Shown here piece after piece: positions 60,421 through 64,000 of a stretch of 64,000 bases of DNA. The notes below the pieces were generated by a model. The model saw only the letters and a program-made list of their open reading frames with translations. It made no database searches and was not told where the DNA came from. This DNA comes from Polyangiales bacterium (lineage in GTDB: Bacteria; Myxococcota_A; Polyangia; Polyangiales; Polyangiaceae), in NCBI GenBank assembly GCA_038230375.1, contig JBBRNJ010000020.1, positions 1-64,000 of the forward strand, in the 5' to 3' direction. Made by a program: the position numbers and the translations under genes. Each line of letters begins with the position of its first letter. The stretch's first letter is position 1.

Positions 60421-61599
60421 TCACGGAGCGATCGCGTCGGCGACCTCTCGAGCCCCTTGGTCGCCGCCAAGCAGCGGAACGAAGGGCATCCACTCGACGA
60501 GACCGTAGCCGCACTCGTCCTCGAATGGCTCGTCGCGATCCGCGGCGAAGCCTTGCTCGAACACGGTGAGCCAGCGCGCGAGCACCACATCGCGCGGGAG
60601 CTCGAGCAGCTCCGCGCCGCCTCGCGCGTCCTTGACCAGCGCGATCCCCTCGGCCACGACGCGGTCGCATTCGGCTGCATCCGCCAGGTGAATCGCGCCG
60701 AGCGCGAGCGCCACCCCACGGTCAGCGTCCCAGCCGATGGTGCGCGCCCGCAGCACCGCATCCTCGGCGTTGCCCAGCGCCGCCCAACCCGGTAACAGCG
60801 CGCGCATTGCCGTGGCCCCGAAGCTGGGAGACGAATGAAGGCGCGACGCGAGCTCGAGCGCGCGCGGGTACAGCTCACGCGACAGGTGTGGTGCGATCGC
60901 CACGAACACGCGCGCATCGCACAGTGACGGATCGGCCTCATTTTCCAGGGCCGCGGCGATCGCGCGTTCACGCCACGGTGGAGCGAGGGCGTGCGCGACC
61001 AGCGCGTAGCCGAGAGCCCGATAGTACTCGTGCGACAACGCGATCGCCGCGAGCAGCACCTCCGGCGCAACGTCGGCCAGGCCCGGCGCCGCGCGGGCGA
61101 GGAGTCGCGGAAGGTCATACGGCGGGAAGCTCATTGATTTCCACGCCACCTCCGTCTCACGAAAGAGGGCGACACGCTCGTCGCGCGGTACCAGGCTCAC
61201 CAGAGTTGCAAGGCACTCGATGCTCGCGCGCACGAGCACCTGGGACGACGCGTTGGTCGCGTTCTTGCGCGAGAGCTCCTCCCGAGCGACGGTGAGCGCC
61301 GTGGCGCGCGCGGGCTCGTGGACGGCAGCAAGCGCCATGAGCACATCCATCGTCCACGTGGAGCGCTGCTCCGAGCTTGCCGCGCGAAGCGCCCGCTCGA
61401 AGACGTACGCGCGGACCTCGGGATCTTCACACGCACCTCCGACGCCAAGGAGCGCGCGCGACGCGCCAGGGAGCGCAACCTCGGGCGCGACCCCACGGCG
61501 TGCGCGAAACTGCGCCGCGGCGACGCGAAAGAGCTGCCCGATGTCGTGTGTGTTCGCGATGACTGATGTTACCGCCCACCGGCGACGGACGCCATGCAA
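60421..61599 (-). CDS. Hypothetical alpha-solenoid (HEAT/TPR-like) protein; start uncertain
   Basis: Ala/Leu-rich helical repeats. Confidence 0.5.
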   Translation of the reverse strand: MHGVRRRWAVTSVIANTHDIGQLFRVAAAQFRARRGVAPEVALPGASRALLGVGGACEDPEVRAYVFERALRAASSEQRSTWTMDVLMALAAVHEPARATALTVAREELSRKNATNASSQVLVRASIECLATLVSLVPRDERVALFRETEVAWKSMSFPPYDLPRLLARAAPGLADVAPEVLLAAIALSHEYYRALGYALVAHALAPPWRERAIAAALENEADPSLCDARVFVAIAPHLSRELYPRALELASRLHSSPSFGATAMRALLPGWAALGNAEDAVLRARTIGWDADRGVALALGAIHLADAAECDRVVAEGIALVKDARGGAELLELPRDVVLARWLTVFEQGFAADRDEPFEDECGYGLVEWMPFVPLLGGDQGAREVADAIAP

Positions 61600-61672
61600 C
61601 GAACATCAGCGAAGCGCCGCATTTAACCTTGTTTAACGGGCACGTTGGGGCAGGCTGCACTTTACTCCTGCC

Positions 61673-62827
61673 ATGAACCGCCACACGCTGGTCGCCATTC
61701 TTCCTTTGCTCCTCGCGTGCTCTTCGTCCAGCACGCAGGCCGTCCCCGACGCCGGCGCGGATCCGGACGCAAGCGCCGCAGACGCAGGACCGCCGAACCC
61801 GTTCGCCGCATACGAGCAGGCGGTGCTCGCTTCGTCCTGGACGAAGCTCGCCGGTGCCACGGTCCCGGCCGTGAAGGGCGGCGCCAAGATGGACGACCTC
61901 TACTTCACCAGCCCGACGATCGGCTACGCGGCGACTGGGCTGGACGGCATCCAGAAGACAACCGACGGTGGCGTCACCTGGACGAAGGCGTTCACCAACA
62001 TGGGCACGTTCTTCCGCTCCGTTCTCTTCGTGGACGACAACCACGGGTTTGCGGGCAACCTGGGCGCGGGGCTGGACATGTCGATCTCCGATGCGACCGT
62101 GCTCTACGAGACGAAGGACGCGGGCAAGACGTGGGCTGCGGTCACGGCGATCTCGGGGCCCATGCCGTCCGGCATCTGCAACCTCACGAAGGTGGATGCG
62201 ACACACCTGTTCGCGGTCGGCCGCGCGAACGGCCCCGCGCACGTCCTCACATCGAGCGACGCGGGCGCCACATGGACCTCCACCGACCTGGGTGCCCAGA
62301 TGAGCATGCTCATCGACGCGCACTTCACCTCGCCCACCGAAGGCATCGTCGCAGGTCAGGGCGTGGGAGCCGGTGACGTGTGCACCATCCTTCGTACGAC
62401 GGATGGCGGAAAGACCTACGCGAAGGTCTTCGCTTCGAAGGCCGGCGGCAGCCTCTGCTGGAAGCTCTCCTTCCCCACGAACGACGTGGGCTACGTGGCG
62501 GTCCAGGACGAGGCGAAGGGACCCGCCACGTTCGCAAAGACGCTCGACGGTGGCCTCACATGGACGGAGATGCCGCTCCCCGTGAAGACCACGGCGCTCG
62601 GTGGCTATCCCGCGATTGGCATCGGCTTCATCACGCCAAACCTTGGATGGGTCGCGCCAGAAGACCCCACGCTCCCGGCGTACCGCACCACGGACGGCGG
62701 ATTGACGTGGACCGTCGACACCGCGCTCAAGGCCCCGATCAACAGGTTCCGCTTCGTCGACAAGAACACCGCGTATGCCATCGGCGGCAACGTGTGGAAG
62801 ATGTCGATCGCATACACGGGCACCTGA
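61673..62827 (+). CDS. BNR/Asp-box beta-propeller lipoprotein (Ycf48-like)
   Basis: LLAC lipobox; repeated T.DGG.TW / DAG.TW Asp-boxes. Confidence 0.9.
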   Translation: MNRHTLVAILPLLLACSSSSTQAVPDAGADPDASAADAGPPNPFAAYEQAVLASSWTKLAGATVPAVKGGAKMDDLYFTSPTIGYAATGLDGIQKTTDGGVTWTKAFTNMGTFFRSVLFVDDNHGFAGNLGAGLDMSISDATVLYETKDAGKTWAAVTAISGPMPSGICNLTKVDATHLFAVGRANGPAHVLTSSDAGATWTSTDLGAQMSMLIDAHFTSPTEGIVAGQGVGAGDVCTILRTTDGGKTYAKVFASKAGGSLCWKLSFPTNDVGYVAVQDEAKGPATFAKTLDGGLTWTEMPLPVKTTALGGYPAIGIGFITPNLGWVAPEDPTLPAYRTTDGGLTWTVDTALKAPINRFRFVDKNTAYAIGGNVWKMSIAYTGT

Positions 62828-62829
62828 GC

Positions 62830-64000
62830 GTGAAGACGAGATTCGCCGCCGCGTTTGCCTGCGCAGGAGCCCTTGCCAGCATCGACTGCGGGCAGAGCTC
62901 CGGCCCTGCGCGCGGCGACGGCGACAGTGGAGTCGCGACAACCAACATCTGCGACGAGGGCGCGCACGTGGCCTATCCTGCCACGACGAGCGGGGTCGCG
63001 ATCGGAGCCACGCTTCCAGACATGGCATTCGCAGGGCTTCGCGAGGACGGCGCCGCGGGCTCCATCAGCATGCGTGACTACTACGAGCCGTGTGCCGCGC
63101 GCTCTCGCCTCCTGGTCGTGCGTACCAATGGCGGCGCGTGGTGCGGCACGTGCCTCTGGCATGCGGGCCACACGCGCGAGCTCCAATCGCTCGCGATCGG
63201 CGCGCGGCTACGCATCGTGGACCTGATCGTGGGCGACCGCGACAACGCACCGGCGACCACGAACGATCTGCCGGCATGGCGCGCGCTGGTGAGCTCCTCG
63301 GGCCCGATCGCGTTCGGCGTGGATCCCGCGTTCTCGCTGCGCGGAGCGCTGGGCACGCCGGCGGTGCCGGTGCCGCTCTACGTGATCGTGGACACGCGGA
63401 CCATGGTGGTCAAGAGCGCGCTGTCGAACCCGGATCCGGCGACGCTGCAGGTTGCACTGGAGAAGGCGCTCGCGGACGCAGACGGCACGCCGCCACCGCC
63501 GCCTCCGGATGACCCTCTCGTGGACGGACTCTTTCACAGGAACGAATGGGACATGCTCCGCGACGTGACGCTGCCCGGCGCACCGCCGCCCGATGCGACG
63601 AACGCGAACGCTGACGACACTGCCACTGCCGCGCTGGGCAAGTCCCTGTTCTTCGATGCCGGGCTTTCGCCGTCGGGCGTGGTGTCGTGCGGTTCGTGTC
63701 ACGACCCCAAGAGCAACCTCACCGACGGGCAGCCGCAAGGAACGGGCGTTGCGAAGGGCACGCGCAGAACGCCGCGCATCGCGCTCGCCTCGCACGCGCG
63801 GTGGCAGCTGTGGGACGGACGCGCGGACACGCTGTGGGGGCAGGCCTTGGGCCCGTTCGAGAACAAGGCGGAGTTCGGGTCGTCGCGCCTGTTCGTGGTG
63901 CAGCGACTGGTGAGCACGTACAAGGACGCCTACGCGAAGGCGTTCCAGGGCGCGCCGCTGCCCGACGCGTCGAAGCTACCGAAGAGCGGGATGCCGGGCG
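62830..64000 (+). CDS. Redoxin-like domain fused to a di-heme cytochrome c peroxidase/MauG-family domain; runs off the window end
   Basis: Own translation from GTG 62830 (absent from the ORF track): signal ...SIDC, WCGTC, then LGKSLFFD..LS....SCGSCH, RRTP, WDGRADTL..QALGP.EN..E. Confidence 0.85.
   Translation, partial: MKTRFAAAFACAGALASIDCGQSSGPARGDGDSGVATTNICDEGAHVAYPATTSGVAIGATLPDMAFAGLREDGAAGSISMRDYYEPCAARSRLLVVRTNGGAWCGTCLWHAGHTRELQSLAIGARLRIVDLIVGDRDNAPATTNDLPAWRALVSSSGPIAFGVDPAFSLRGALGTPAVPVPLYVIVDTRTMVVKSALSNPDPATLQVALEKALADADGTPPPPPPDDPLVDGLFHRNEWDMLRDVTLPGAPPPDATNANADDTATAALGKSLFFDAGLSPSGVVSCGSCHDPKSNLTDGQPQGTGVAKGTRRTPRIALASHARWQLWDGRADTLWGQALGPFENKAEFGSSRLFVVQRLVSTYKDAYAKAFQGAPLPDASKLPKSGMPG
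63445..63457. promoter_or_regulatory. TGYA-N3-TRCA palindrome site
   Basis: CTGCAGGTTGCAC. Confidence 0.5.

Overview
High-GC (roughly 68% by eye) bacterial chromosomal window. Gene content points to Myxococcota, probably Polyangiaceae-like (inference): eukaryotic-type Ser/Thr kinases, an AgmX/PglI-type TonB-like protein, many lipoproteins with DAG/DGG linkers, a DUF2378-like protein. It holds about 53 densely packed genes, including fabH, carB, dacB, an slt, an AddB-like nuclease, a dispersed TatT-DctP-DctQ-DctM (TPAT) transporter, MATE, PlsC, LysR/MDR, tandem FGE-fold lipoproteins and a redoxin-cytochrome c peroxidase fusion. I saw no rRNA, tRNA, CRISPR array or transposase. Two genes look disrupted: an in-frame TAG at 1266 and a frameshift near 27045. 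The main unexplained signal is non-protein: a palindrome TGYA-N3-TRCA (extended consensus about AWTGS-GTGYA-N3-TRCAC-SCAWT). A manual scan found it 21 times against about 1 expected, always inside coding sequence, in several frames, and often written with rare AT-rich codons even in conserved CarB and FabH peptides. It is a candidate dispersed chromosome-organising protein-binding site, architecturally like matS but a different sequence.
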